From contig CAWGRK010000010.1 in the NCBI GenBank assembly GCA_963824995.1, positions 120,928 through 184,927 on the forward strand: a DNA stretch of 64,000 bases, written 5' to 3'. This DNA is from an uncultured Actinomycetes bacterium (GTDB lineage: Bacteria; Actinomycetota; Acidimicrobiia; Spongiisociales; DATADW01). A program made the position numbers and the translations under genes. The notes below the pieces were generated by a model, which was not told where the DNA came from, ran no database searches, and was given only the letters and a program-made list of their open reading frames with translations. This document shows, piece after piece, positions 46,343 through 56,153 of this stretch. Each line of letters starts with the position of its first letter. Position 1 is the first letter of the stretch.

Positions 46343-46409
46343 GAACCGCACACACTACCTGTTGGTGCCGGCCGCTGGAAGGGGCAAACCAGCAGGCCGC
46401 CCGGTTCGA

Positions 46410-47324
46410 TCAAGTGACGTCATCGTCGACGACGACTTCGGGATCGTCTTCGGGCCGGGTGACCGGTTCGATGGCGACCGTCTCGGGACGGCGCCCGAGC
46501 CACCAGATGAACACCGCGGCGCCGACGGCGGCCACCAATCCCGACACCTGGTTCCAGGTGAAGGGCCCCACGGTGGCGTCACCAGAGCCGTACCGGACCG
46601 AGTCGATGAGGAAGCGCTGCAACCCATACCAACCCACCCAGAAGGCGAACAACTGGCCGGGACGGCGGTTGACCCACACCTGACGCAGCAGAAGCAGCAC
46701 CGCGAAGAGCAGAGCCGCGCCCAGCATGTCGTAGAGGGCGGCATGGTGATAGATGCCGGGCAACCCAGTTGCCGGGTCGGTGCACATCGTTCCAATGGAT
46801 CCGGTGCATTCGAGGGCGTCGTGTTGAGGAGCAAGGTCGAACCCGGCTTGAACGGCGTATCCCAGGAAGAAGTCGGTACGGCTACCGAGGTGTTCGACGA
46901 TGGCGAGGTCGCCTATCCGCCCGATCACCGTCCCCAGAGCCAGACCGGTGGTCGAGGAGTCGAGCATCGGAAGGATGGGGAGTCCCAGCATCTTCATCCT
47001 CCAACCGCCCGCCAGGATCCCCCCGGCGAAGCCGCCCAGGATGGAGAAGTTCCCGGTGAGGCTGAAGAGCGACCAACTGAACCCCTCGTCGATGATCTCC
47101 GCCGGGATGGTGAGCAGTCTGGCGCCGAGCAACGAGCCGATCAGCCCCCAGGTGAGCGCCGACTGGTAGCCGGCGCTGTCGAGCCCACGGCGACGGACAT
47201 CGCGGGTGGCGATCCACGCCCCTGCCAGAAAGCCGAGGGCGGCGAAGACACCGTGCAACGACAGCCGGAGCGGGCCGAACTCGACGAGCGGCACGGGCGG
47301 ATAGCTGATAGAGGCGAGGAGCAC
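46410..47324 (-). CDS. lgt: Prolipoprotein diacylglyceryl transferase
   Basis: FGPLRLSLHG, LLGARL, SILGG..GG, IGRIGD, H.AALYD, WYG.QRF.ID..R. Confidence 0.88.
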   Translation of the reverse strand: MLLASISYPPVPLVEFGPLRLSLHGVFAALGFLAGAWIATRDVRRRGLDSAGYQSALTWGLIGSLLGARLLTIPAEIIDEGFSWSLFSLTGNFSILGGFAGGILAGGWRMKMLGLPILPMLDSSTTGLALGTVIGRIGDLAIVEHLGSRTDFFLGYAVQAGFDLAPQHDALECTGSIGTMCTDPATGLPGIYHHAALYDMLGAALLFAVLLLLRQVWVNRRPGQLFAFWVGWYGLQRFLIDSVRYGSGDATVGPFTWNQVSGLVAAVGAAVFIWWLGRRPETVAIEPVTRPEDDPEVVVDDDVT

Positions 47325-47445
47325 CCGGTGATACTACGGGTATCGGTCGGGTGCCCGGCCTTGGGTGGGGTGCGACGGACGCCCTCAACATGATGCGGAC
47401 GTAAGACGATCCGCTTCGTCCCTTTCTCCGGCCCCTCTTGACTAG

Positions 47446-47459
47446 CGAACACATGTTCG
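47446..47459. promoter_or_regulatory. LexA SOS box
   Basis: CGAAC-ACAT-GTTCG, a perfect Gram-positive/actinobacterial GAAC-N4-GTTC site, just after a TTGACT hexamer. Confidence 0.8.
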
Positions 47460-47463
47460 ATAG

Positions 47464-47704
47464 GTGGTGCGGGATCGGTCGTGCCGGTTCCCCGGATGCG
47501 ACCCGTCCACCAACCTGGTGCGACGCCCACCACATCAAACACTGACTCGACCTGGGTCACACCGATTTGGACAACCTGATACTGCTCTGCCGCCGCCACC
47601 ACGCCATGGTCCACGAGCACGGGTTCCGGATCAGCAGGACTGCCGCCGGTGCCATTTTCCACCGCCCCGATGGGACCGTCCTCGGAATAGACGGGCCGGG
47701 GTAA
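47464..47704 (+). pseudogene. Remnant of the HNH endonuclease C-terminus of a DUF222/13E12-type protein
   Basis: VRDRSCRFPGCD, a frameshift, then WCDAHHIKH*(TGA 47543 where Trp is expected)LDLGHTDLDNLILLCRRHHAMVHEHGF..FHRPDG. Confidence 0.85.
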
Positions 47705-47858
47705 AACACGTAGGTCGGCGAAGAAACCCATCAAGCCAATGACCACCGGTGACGGGCGTGGCGCAGCCTGACACCGCGAGCTTTCTCCGGTCGGCTTGGG
47801 CTTACGGCTCGCCCCGCTTGGGCATGAGATCAGCTCACAGCACCGTGGAATCGGCGAG

Positions 47859-48782
47859 TTAGCGGACCACCACGTCGAGCCAGACCGCTCCGAACAGCGC
47901 GGCGAGGTAGATCGTCGATACTCGGAAGAGCACCATCGCCCGCTCCGGGTGACGGACCATCCGCGAAGCCTCGATCAGGAACCACGCGCCAAGGCCGATG
48001 GCGGCAACGAGGTAGACCCAACCCATCCCCGCTGCCGGCACCAGCATGAGGCTCACCAGGACCATCACCCCGGAGTAGGCGAGGATCTGCCACGCGGTCC
48101 TCTTCACGCCGACCACCACGGGAAGCATCGGGACCGAGGCGCGGGCATAGTCTCCCTGGTAGCGGACGGCCAGCGCCCAGAAGTGCGGTGGAGTCCAGTA
48201 GAAGACGATTGCGAAGAGGATCCAGGCCGGAAGGGCCAAGCCACCGGTTACCGCCGCCCACCCCACCAGCGCCGGGGCGGCGCCGGCCGCGCCACCTATC
48301 ACGATGTTCTGGGACGTGGTCCGTTTCAGCGCCAGCGTGTAGACGAAGACATAGAAGAGCAAGGCCGCTGCCGAGATCGCCGCCGCCATCAGGTTCACCA
48401 GCAACCAGAGCCAGATGAAACCGGCGACGCCGAGCGCCGCGCCGAAAAGCAGGGCGGCGCGCGGCTCCACCCGGTGTCGCGGCAGAGGCCGCCTGGCGGT
48501 GCGGCCCATCACCTCGTCGATGTCCCGGTCGGCCCACGAATTGAGCGCATTGGCCCCCGCCGCGCAGAGGGTCCCGCCGATGAGGGTGGCAATCACCAAC
48601 CAGGTGCCCGGCCAAGCATCGGCGGCGAGAACCATCGCAGGCACCGTGGTGATCAGCAGCAGTTCGATGATCCGCGGTTTGGTCAGTGCCACGTATGACT
48701 TGACCCGGTCAACGACACCGGACCGCGGGGCGGTGGGATCGCTCACCACGATTCGTCCGGGCAGATCGGGGGGAGCAGCCAT
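47859..48782 (-). CDS. ctaB: Protoheme IX farnesyltransferase (heme o synthase)
   Basis: YVALTKPRIIELLL, DRDIDEVM.RT..RPL, LKR.T.QNIVIGGAAG, WTPPHFWALA. Confidence 0.97.
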   Translation of the reverse strand: MAAPPDLPGRIVVSDPTAPRSGVVDRVKSYVALTKPRIIELLLITTVPAMVLAADAWPGTWLVIATLIGGTLCAAGANALNSWADRDIDEVMGRTARRPLPRHRVEPRAALLFGAALGVAGFIWLWLLVNLMAAAISAAALLFYVFVYTLALKRTTSQNIVIGGAAGAAPALVGWAAVTGGLALPAWILFAIVFYWTPPHFWALAVRYQGDYARASVPMLPVVVGVKRTAWQILAYSGVMVLVSLMLVPAAGMGWVYLVAAIGLGAWFLIEASRMVRHPERAMVLFRVSTIYLAALFGAVWLDVVVR

Positions 48783-48874
48783 GGGCGGCAGCGTACCGGT
48801 CGCCGCGGCATCGACGACTGACGCCTGTCTCGGCCGAGATGGCCTACCCGCACTCGCTCGGTACCCTGCTCGCC

Positions 48875-49732
48875 GTGCGCAAGTGGAACCTCATCGCGGC
48901 GGTGATCGCACTCGCCGCCTGCTCATCGAGCGGGGCCACAACTGACTCATCGGCCGGGTCCGAGAGCGCACCCCTCGTGATCGTGGCCAATGCCCCGGGG
49001 ACTCTGGGAACCGGGCCACAGCGGATGGTCCTCGGGTTGGTATCGAGGGACGCCACGTCGCTCGCTTCTCCGGACCTCGGGGTGACGTTCCGACTCAGCA
49101 ACGCCGAGGGGGAGGTGATCAGCGAGGCCGACGGCGTCTTCCAATGGACGATCCCGGATGTCCGAGGCGTGTACACCATCTACCCGGAGTTCGTCGAACC
49201 AGGGGTATATGGGATCCAAGCCCGCCCCGCCGAAGGTGAACCAAGTGTCAAGGTCGACTTCACGGTGAGCGAGGACCCAGTTGTGCCCGAGGTCGGGGAT
49301 CAGGCCATCGCCGCTCCGAGCCCTACCGGTGACGAAGCCCCGCTCGAGTCGATAACGACCGACCCCGACCCCGACCCCTCCTTCTACGAGCTCTCACTCG
49401 ACGATGCACTCGACTCGGGTCAACCGACGGTGGTGGTGTTCGCCACGCCGGCCTTCTGCCAGTCGCAGACATGCGGGCCGATGCTCGACCAGGTCAAGGC
49501 GGCGGCCCCCGAGCACCCGGGGGTCACCTTCGTCCACGTAGAGGTCTACGAGGACTTCCAGGACGCAACCAGCGTCGAGGAGCTGACCCCGGCCCCCGCC
49601 GCAGTCGCCTGGGGCCTGCCCAGCGAGCCCTGGCTGTACTTCGTGGATGCCGACGGGATCGTGACCGCCCGCTACGAGGGAACGGTGAGCCCAGAGGAGC
49701 TCGTCGACGGCTTCGCAACCATCGACGCCTGA
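48875..49732 (+). CDS. Thioredoxin-fold lipoprotein with a CxxxxC motif
   Basis: Lipobox LAAC; C-terminal VVFATPAFCQSQTCGP..FVHVEVY..WGLPSEPWLYFVDADG.V..RYEG. Confidence 0.75.
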   Translation: MRKWNLIAAVIALAACSSSGATTDSSAGSESAPLVIVANAPGTLGTGPQRMVLGLVSRDATSLASPDLGVTFRLSNAEGEVISEADGVFQWTIPDVRGVYTIYPEFVEPGVYGIQARPAEGEPSVKVDFTVSEDPVVPEVGDQAIAAPSPTGDEAPLESITTDPDPDPSFYELSLDDALDSGQPTVVVFATPAFCQSQTCGPMLDQVKAAAPEHPGVTFVHVEVYEDFQDATSVEELTPAPAAVAWGLPSEPWLYFVDADGIVTARYEGTVSPEELVDGFATIDA

Positions 49733-49801
49733 CACGCGGAGCGGGATGCATTCCTGCTTTCACCAGGGCGGTCCAACCTCGTAACATCGCCGCAGGTCAT
49801 C

Positions 49802-50844
49802 GTGGTCAGGAAGCAGCGCGACGTGCCACATCAGCCAAGGCGAAGTCGACTTGGAGTGCTCGCCATCGCCGCCGTGCTCCTGAGTGCCTGCATCGAGAAC
49901 AGCCCTCTCGATTCGCTCGACCCGCAAGGGCCGTTCGCCCAGACGATCGACGACCTGTTCTGGGTCACGTTCTGGATCGCCACGGGGATCTTCGTGCTCG
50001 TCCAGGGGGGATCCTCTTGGCCGTCTTCTTGTTCCGCGAGCGACCCGATAGCAAAGAGCCGAGGCAGATCCACGGCAACACCCGACTGGAAGTGGCATGG
50101 ACCGTGATACCGGCGTTGATCCTCGCCGGGATCGCGGTACCCACGGTCCGCACCGTTTTCGACCTCACCGAGTGCGGAGCGGGGGCGATGCCTATCGAGG
50201 TGATCGGTCATCAGTGGTGGTTCGAGTACCGCTACCCCGATAGCGGAGTGACCAGCGCCAATGTGCTGGTGATACCAGCCGGCCAGGAGGTCTGTCTCGA
50301 CATGACCTCCAACGACGTGATCCACAACTACTGGATCCCCAAGCTCAACGGGAAGCGCTATCTGGTGCCGGGCGAGCAGACCTTCCTCCGGCTCCAGGCG
50401 GACGAGCCGGGCGAGTACTGGGGACAGTGTGGGGAGTTCTGCGGGCTGTCGCATGCGCTGATGCGTGCCAGGGTGAACGCCCTCGCCCCCGATGAGTTCG
50501 AGGCATGGACGGCCTCCCAACTCGAGCCGGCTCTCGAGCCAGAGGAGGGCTCCCCGGCTGCCCTTGGCCAAGAGGTATTCATGGGGCAGGCGTGTGTCAG
50601 CTGCCACAACATCTCGGGGGTCAACCCGGTAGACACGGCGACGACCGCGATCTACGGGCCCGACCTGACCCACTTCGCAAGCCGCAATGTTTTCGCCGGA
50701 GCAATCATGGAGACAACTCCCGAGAACCTGGCAACCTGGCTGGCTAATCCGCCCGGGGTCAAGCCTGGTTCGTTCATGCCGAACCTGAACCTGTCGCAGA
50801 GCGACATCGACAACCTCATCGCCTACATGGAGAGCCTGCGGTGA
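49802..50844 (+). CDS. ctaC: Cytochrome c oxidase subunit II with fused cytochrome c (caa3 type); apparent frameshift in the G-run near 50005
   Basis: Lipobox LSAC; HGNTRLEVAWT, GHQWWF, DVIHNYW, CuA motif CGEFCGLSHALM, heme motif CVSCH. Confidence 0.93.
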
Positions 50845-52830
50845 CCGCCACCACCCGCCCGGTACCGACGACCACGATCTTCCGCCGCCCCAGGGCGAAG
50901 ACAGGTTTGCTCGGCTGGTTGACCACCGTCGACCACAAGAAGATCGGGATCATGTACGGGTACACGGCCTTCGCCTTCTTCATCTTCGGAGGCCTCGAGG
51001 CCCTGCTGCTCCGGATACAGCTCTCCTCGGCCGATGCCACCTTCCTCACGGCGGATCAATACAACGCCATGTTCACCATGCACGGCACCACGATGATCTT
51101 CCTCTTCGTGATGCCCGTAGGAGCGGCCTTCTTCAACTATCTGCTGCCCCTGATGATCGGCGCACGGGATGTGGCATTTCCGCGCCTGAACGCGTTGAGC
51201 TATTGGATCTTCCTCTTTGGCGGGATATTCCTCTACTCGTCCTTCATCTTCGGGACGGCGGCCGCCCCGACCGGGGGGAACCTCGACCCGATCGACGCCG
51301 GGGCGCTGCTCAATGGCAGCCCCAACGGCGGTTGGTTCGGATATCAGCCAAATGCCGGCCCCGCGTTCTCGGTGGGTACGGCTCTGGACTACTGGGCGCT
51401 CGGCCTACAGATCCTCGGACTCGCATCTCTGATCTCGGCGGTGAACTTCATCACCACCATCCTCAACCTACCGGGCGAGAGGGATGCGGCTGTTGCGGAT
51501 GCCGGTTTTCGTCTGGATGACGATGATCGTCGCCTTCCTGCTCCTCTTCTCGCTTCCGATCATCGCCGTTGCGCTGTTCATGGTGACCGCGGACCGGCAG
51601 TTCGGGACGGTGTTCTTCCAACCCGCCGAGGGCGGCAGCGCCATGCTCTGGCAGCACCTCTTCTGGCTGTTTGGCCATCCGGAGGTCTACATCCTCATCC
51701 TCCCCGCGATGGGGATCGTGTCCGAGGTGCTCCCGGTGTTCAGTCGAAAGCCGCTTTTCGGATATGCCGCCGTGGTCTTCGCCGGCGCCGCCATAGCCTT
51801 TCTCGGCTTTGGGGTGTGGGCCCACCACATGTTCTCCTCGGGCATCGGGACCGTTGCCCAAGCTGCGTTCGGGCTATCAACGATGACCATCGCGATACCC
51901 ACCGGCATCAAGATCTTCAACTGGTTGGGAACTATGTGGCTGGGCAGGCTTCGATTACAGACGCCCATGTTGTTCGCCATCGGGTTCGTGGCCATGTTCG
52001 TGATCGGTGGTCTGTCGGGCGTCACCCATGCGGTCGTGCCCGCCGACTGGCAGCAGACCGACACCTATTACGTGGTGGCGCACTTCCACTACGTGCTCTT
52101 TGGTGGGGCGGTGTTCGGGATCTTCTCCGGGCTCTATTACTGGTTCCCCAAGTTCGCCGGTCGGATGTACTCAGAGCGCCTTGGCAAGCTCCACTTCTGG
52201 TTGATGTTCGTCGGGTTCAACCTGACGTTCGGCCCGATGCACTGGCTCGGGCTGCAGGGGATGGTTCGTCGCACCTGGCGGTACCCGGCCGACTACGGGT
52301 TCGAGTTCTGGAACCAGGTGGTCACCGCGGGGGCCTTTCTCATCGCGGTCTCGATCGCGATCTTCATCGTGAACTGGTCGATGTCGCGCCGCCGGGGTGC
52401 CATCGCCCCGATGGACCCCTGGGATGCCCGCACCCTGGAGTGGTCGATCCCCTCACCGCCCCCCGAGTACAACTTCGGGGTGGAGCCGGTGGTTCACTCG
52501 CTCGATGACTTCTGGCACCAGAAGTACACCGAGGGCGAGGATGGCCGACCGGTCAGGAACGAAGACGCCGATGGGTTGATGGCCCGGCTGGAGATGGAGG
52601 GCACCGACCCGCCTCAGCCGATCCATCTGCCTGCTTCTTCGTACTTCCCACTGATCATGGCCGCCGGCCTGCCCTTGATCGCCTACGGGATCGTCTACCA
52701 CACCCTGCCGTGGGGAATCCCGCTCATCGTGATCGGTGCCATCGTCACCATGGCCGGAGCGTTCGGGTGGGCGGTCGAACCGGCCGAGGAAGAGGTGACC
52801 CACGACGCAGAGCACGCCGGGGCCCACTGA
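50841..52830 (+). CDS. ctaD: Cytochrome c oxidase subunit I; apparent frameshift near 51470
   Basis: DHKKIGIMY, TMHGTTMIF, WLFGHPEVY, VWAHHMF, VVAHFHY. Confidence 0.95.
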
Positions 52831-53456
52831 TGGCCGAGCTCACCCCGGAGATGACCCCCGAAGTGACCGACGTCCACGAGGGGCATGCCCACGAGGGAAC
52901 CGGCGTAGACAACCGCAAGCTCGGGATGTGGGTGTTCCTCTCCTCGGAGTTCCTCTTCTTTGGGGCACTGATAACCAACTACCTGCTGTTCAAGAACCGG
53001 CCCGGCTTCCCGGCCCCGTACCCCAAGGAGCTCTACGACATCCCCTTCACCTCGGTGAGCTCGTTCGTGTTGCTGATGAGCTCTTTGACCATGGTGCTCG
53101 GACACAGTGCACTGGAGCGAGACGACCAACAGGGAGTACGGACCTGGCTGGCGGCCACCGCCTTGTTGGGTGCGACCTTCCTCGGCGGGCAGTTCTTCGA
53201 GTTCAGCGACTTCATCGCCGAGGGAATGACGCTGCAGACCAACCCGGCGGCTTCGAGCTTCTACCTCCTTACCGGGTTCCACGGGATCCACGTCGCCATC
53301 GGCGTGCTGATGCTGTTCTCGCTCTTCGGTATCTCGCTGCGCTACGACCGGCTGAGCGAGGATCGGGGTCTCAATGTCGAGCTGGTCGGTCTCTACTGGC
53401 ACTTCGTCGACATCATCTGGATCGTCATCTTCACTCTCGTCTACCTGATCCCGTGA
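52830..53456 (+). CDS. ctaE: Cytochrome c oxidase subunit III
   Basis: LGMWVFLSSE, LTGFHGIHV, GLYWHFVDIIWI. ATG overlaps the ctaD stop. Confidence 0.95.
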   Translation: MAELTPEMTPEVTDVHEGHAHEGTGVDNRKLGMWVFLSSEFLFFGALITNYLLFKNRPGFPAPYPKELYDIPFTSVSSFVLLMSSLTMVLGHSALERDDQQGVRTWLAATALLGATFLGGQFFEFSDFIAEGMTLQTNPAASSFYLLTGFHGIHVAIGVLMLFSLFGISLRYDRLSEDRGLNVELVGLYWHFVDIIWIVIFTLVYLIP

Positions 53457-53463
53457 GAGGCGC

Positions 53464-53778
53464 ATGACTGATTCTGAGACCAGGGCCCACACCTACCCCA
53501 CACCCAGGGTTTACGTCCGGATCGCCATCCTGCTGGCGATCATGACCGCGGTCGAGGTAGGGCTGTATTACCTCGAGCCGGTCGTTGGCGCGCTGGTCAT
53601 CCCCTTCCTGCTCGTCCTGTCTGCGCTCAAGTTCATCATCGTCATCGGGTACTACATGCACCTCCGCTACGAGCCCGCCACGTTGAGCCGATTCTTCGGG
53701 TTCGGCTTCGTGCTGGCGATCAGCCTCTACGCCGTGGTGCTCGCCGTCTTCGGCATCCTCGCGGCGGCGATCGGGTGA
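53464..53778 (+). CDS. Cytochrome c oxidase subunit IV family protein
   Basis: Three TM helices; KF..V.GYYMHLRYE motif. Confidence 0.85.
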   Translation: MTDSETRAHTYPTPRVYVRIAILLAIMTAVEVGLYYLEPVVGALVIPFLLVLSALKFIIVIGYYMHLRYEPATLSRFFGFGFVLAISLYAVVLAVFGILAAAIG

Positions 53779-54596
53779 CACCGGTCCCCGACTTCACCGC
53801 TCACCCCGACGTTTGGCTGGTGCTCGGCGGTCTGGCTGCGATCTACCTGTATGCGGTCATCAGGGTCGGGCCTCTGATGGTCGAGAAGGGGTCCAGGCCC
53901 GCCACCGCCCGCCAGATCGGCTCGTTCCTCGCCGGGGTGGGTGTCCTCTGGCTGGTCTCCGACTGGCCCATCCACGACATCGCCGAGCAATCGCTCTATT
54001 CGGTCCATATGGCGCAGCACATGGTCATCACCCTGGTGGCTCCCCCGCTCCTGCTCGCCGGCACGCCGCGTTGGCTGGCGGAGGTTCTCATCCCCAAACG
54101 CGCCCTGCCGTTCTTCCGCGCCATATGCGCCCCGGTTGCTGCGCTTCTCATCTCCATCGCCGTCCTCGTGTTCACCCATTGGCCGGCGGTGGTCACCCTT
54201 GCCGTGACCTCGGGATCCGCCCACTTCGTGTTGCATTCGCTGGCGCTGGTGAGCGCGGTCGTGATGTGGATGCCTGTCCTGAGCCCCACCCCGTTGATCC
54301 CCCGGGCGCGGCCTCTTGTCCAGATCGGCTACCTGTTCGCCCAGTCCGTCATCCCGACGATCCCCGCCTCGTTCCTCACCTTCGGACACGAGCCGCTCTA
54401 TCGGGTCTACGGAGACGCCGCCGAGATCTGGGGCATATCGGCGGTCACCGACCAGACGTTGGCCGGGTTGCTGATGAAGATCGGCGGCGGGCTCATCCTA
54501 TGGGGATGGATCGCGGTCATATGGTTCCGCTGGTACCGCGAGGAGCAGACCTGGGAGAGCCTGGAGCGGGAACTGCGGCGCCCCACCGTCTCCTGA
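53775..54596 (+). CDS. ctaG: Cytochrome c oxidase assembly factor (caa3 CtaG-type)
   Basis: WPIHDIAEQSLYSVHMAQHM..APPLLLAG, DQTLAGLLMK. Confidence 0.88.
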   Translation: MTPVPDFTAHPDVWLVLGGLAAIYLYAVIRVGPLMVEKGSRPATARQIGSFLAGVGVLWLVSDWPIHDIAEQSLYSVHMAQHMVITLVAPPLLLAGTPRWLAEVLIPKRALPFFRAICAPVAALLISIAVLVFTHWPAVVTLAVTSGSAHFVLHSLALVSAVVMWMPVLSPTPLIPRARPLVQIGYLFAQSVIPTIPASFLTFGHEPLYRVYGDAAEIWGISAVTDQTLAGLLMKIGGGLILWGWIAVIWFRWYREEQTWESLERELRRPTVS

Positions 54597-54907
54597 GCCT
54601 CCCTGCCCGACTCGCCGCCGGTGTGGCGCTCGCGCTGGTCGCCGCCTGCTCCACCCAGACCACCGTGTCCGGCCGGGTCATCGAGGTAGACGGCGACCTG
54701 AGCAATGTCGAGTCGTTCACTGTCGTCACCGAGGACGGTGAGACTCTGACATTCGAGCCTGATCCCTTCGGCCGCTATCCGTTCCCTCTCCCCCATCTGC
54801 GGGAACACCTGGTGAGCGGTCAACTGCTTCGGGTCGACTACCGCCCCGCCGAGGACGGAACGCTGGTGGCATTCGCCCTAGACGATGCAGAGGGTGGTCA
54901 TGGCTGA
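54593..54907 (+). CDS. Small putative lipoprotein (beta-rich, HLREH motif); start uncertain
   Basis: LVAAC lipobox, then SGRVIEVDG..VESFTV..PHLREHLVSGQLLRVDY. A CTG start would overlap the ctaG stop. Confidence 0.65.
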   Translation: MSLPARLAAGVALALVAACSTQTTVSGRVIEVDGDLSNVESFTVVTEDGETLTFEPDPFGRYPFPLPHLREHLVSGQLLRVDYRPAEDGTLVAFALDDAEGGHG

Positions 54908-56068
54908 CGCCTCTGCCGGCTCCTCGGCGCCTTCCTCTTCGCTCCCGACGGCGCCGGCGACGACGACGATCAGCACCACCACCGCAAGGATCCCGGCGAC
55001 TGCCGCCAGCAGCCCGCCCAGCGAGAGACGCACGTTGGGTCGCGATGCCGTGAGTCCGGCAAAGGCGAGAATCCCCCCGGCGACCACGATGGCCAGGAGC
55101 GGGGCGGCCACGTGATAGGCGAGGAAGAGGCTCCCCAAGGCGACGACCACCAGAGCGAGTACTGCAAAGGCGGCCAGCGGAACCCCCACACCGGTTGACA
55201 ACCGGCGGCGAACCGCGGTCGATTCGTCGGCGGCTTCGACATCGAGGCCGACGGGGACTGCGAGCACCTGAACGGCGGCGGCGGTGATCATTCCCAAGAT
55301 GGCCCCGCCGAACAACACCAGCAGCAATCCCGACCGGACTCCGATCTGGATGATCGTCTCATCGGCTTCGGAGGGCTGACCCGCCAGGTTGAGCAGCAGG
55401 GCCGCGCCGACGACGCCCACCAACAACCCGGTGACGGCACCCACCAATGCCGCGGTGCCGGCACGTCCCTCGATGCGCAACTCGGGACGGAACCAGGCCG
55501 GGACGGTCCGCACCGCCAGTCCGACGAGAGCGCCGAAGAGCAACGAGACAACGGCGCCTGCCACCACGACGGGGAGGGCGGTGACCTCGATGGCGGGGCG
55601 AAACGCACCGGGCTCGCCGACCAGGGTCACCTTGTCGACGACCAGCGGCGTCACCGCCACCGCGGCGATGATCCCCAGTGCAGCACCTGCCAGACCACCG
55701 ACACCAGCCGCCCACCGCAGACGCTCCGATACGGGGGCTGCCTCTGGCTCCTCTTCCTCCTCGACGATCGCCGCGGCGCGCCCGGGCTCTGGGACCAGCG
55801 CTGGGAGTGGGGCAGCAACCGGTGCAGCCGGTGCTTCGGCAGCAGGGGTGGCAGCCGGCTCGGCGGGGGTTGCCTGCTCAGGCTCAGGCTCCGGCTGCGG
55901 CTCGGGAGCGGCGTCAGGACCGGTGGACACCGACCCACCGCCCGCCCAGGCCGCCAACACCTCGTCGACCGTGGTTCCCGAGGCTTGCGCCCGGGCGGCA
56001 GCCGAGCGCTGGACGATCGCCTCGGGCGCATTGAGCGTTCGCGCCACCGCCTCGAGGTACTCGCTCAT
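54878..56068 (-). CDS. Hypothetical multi-pass membrane protein with an N-terminal helical domain and a Pro/Glu/Ala linker
   Basis: ATG 56068 after a TATGCT -10 box; about seven hydrophobic segments. Confidence 0.75.
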   Translation of the reverse strand: MSEYLEAVARTLNAPEAIVQRSAAARAQASGTTVDEVLAAWAGGGSVSTGPDAAPEPQPEPEPEQATPAEPAATPAAEAPAAPVAAPLPALVPEPGRAAAIVEEEEEPEAAPVSERLRWAAGVGGLAGAALGIIAAVAVTPLVVDKVTLVGEPGAFRPAIEVTALPVVVAGAVVSLLFGALVGLAVRTVPAWFRPELRIEGRAGTAALVGAVTGLLVGVVGAALLLNLAGQPSEADETIIQIGVRSGLLLVLFGGAILGMITAAAVQVLAVPVGLDVEAADESTAVRRRLSTGVGVPLAAFAVLALVVVALGSLFLAYHVAAPLLAIVVAGGILAFAGLTASRPNVRLSLGGLLAAVAGILAVVVLIVVVAGAVGSEEEGAEEPAEASAMTTLCIV

Positions 56069-56153
56069 CGCCGGGGAGCATAGCCAGGGGGTCGTTGCAC
56101 GCCCTTGGCACAACCGGCATCAGTCCCCACGCCGAGAGGCCATAATTGCGTCG

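Noticed and set aside
47543-47545. In-frame TGA in the HNH fragment as Sec or Trp recoding
   Set aside because: The fragment is also truncated and frameshifted, and TGA is a normal stop throughout the window.
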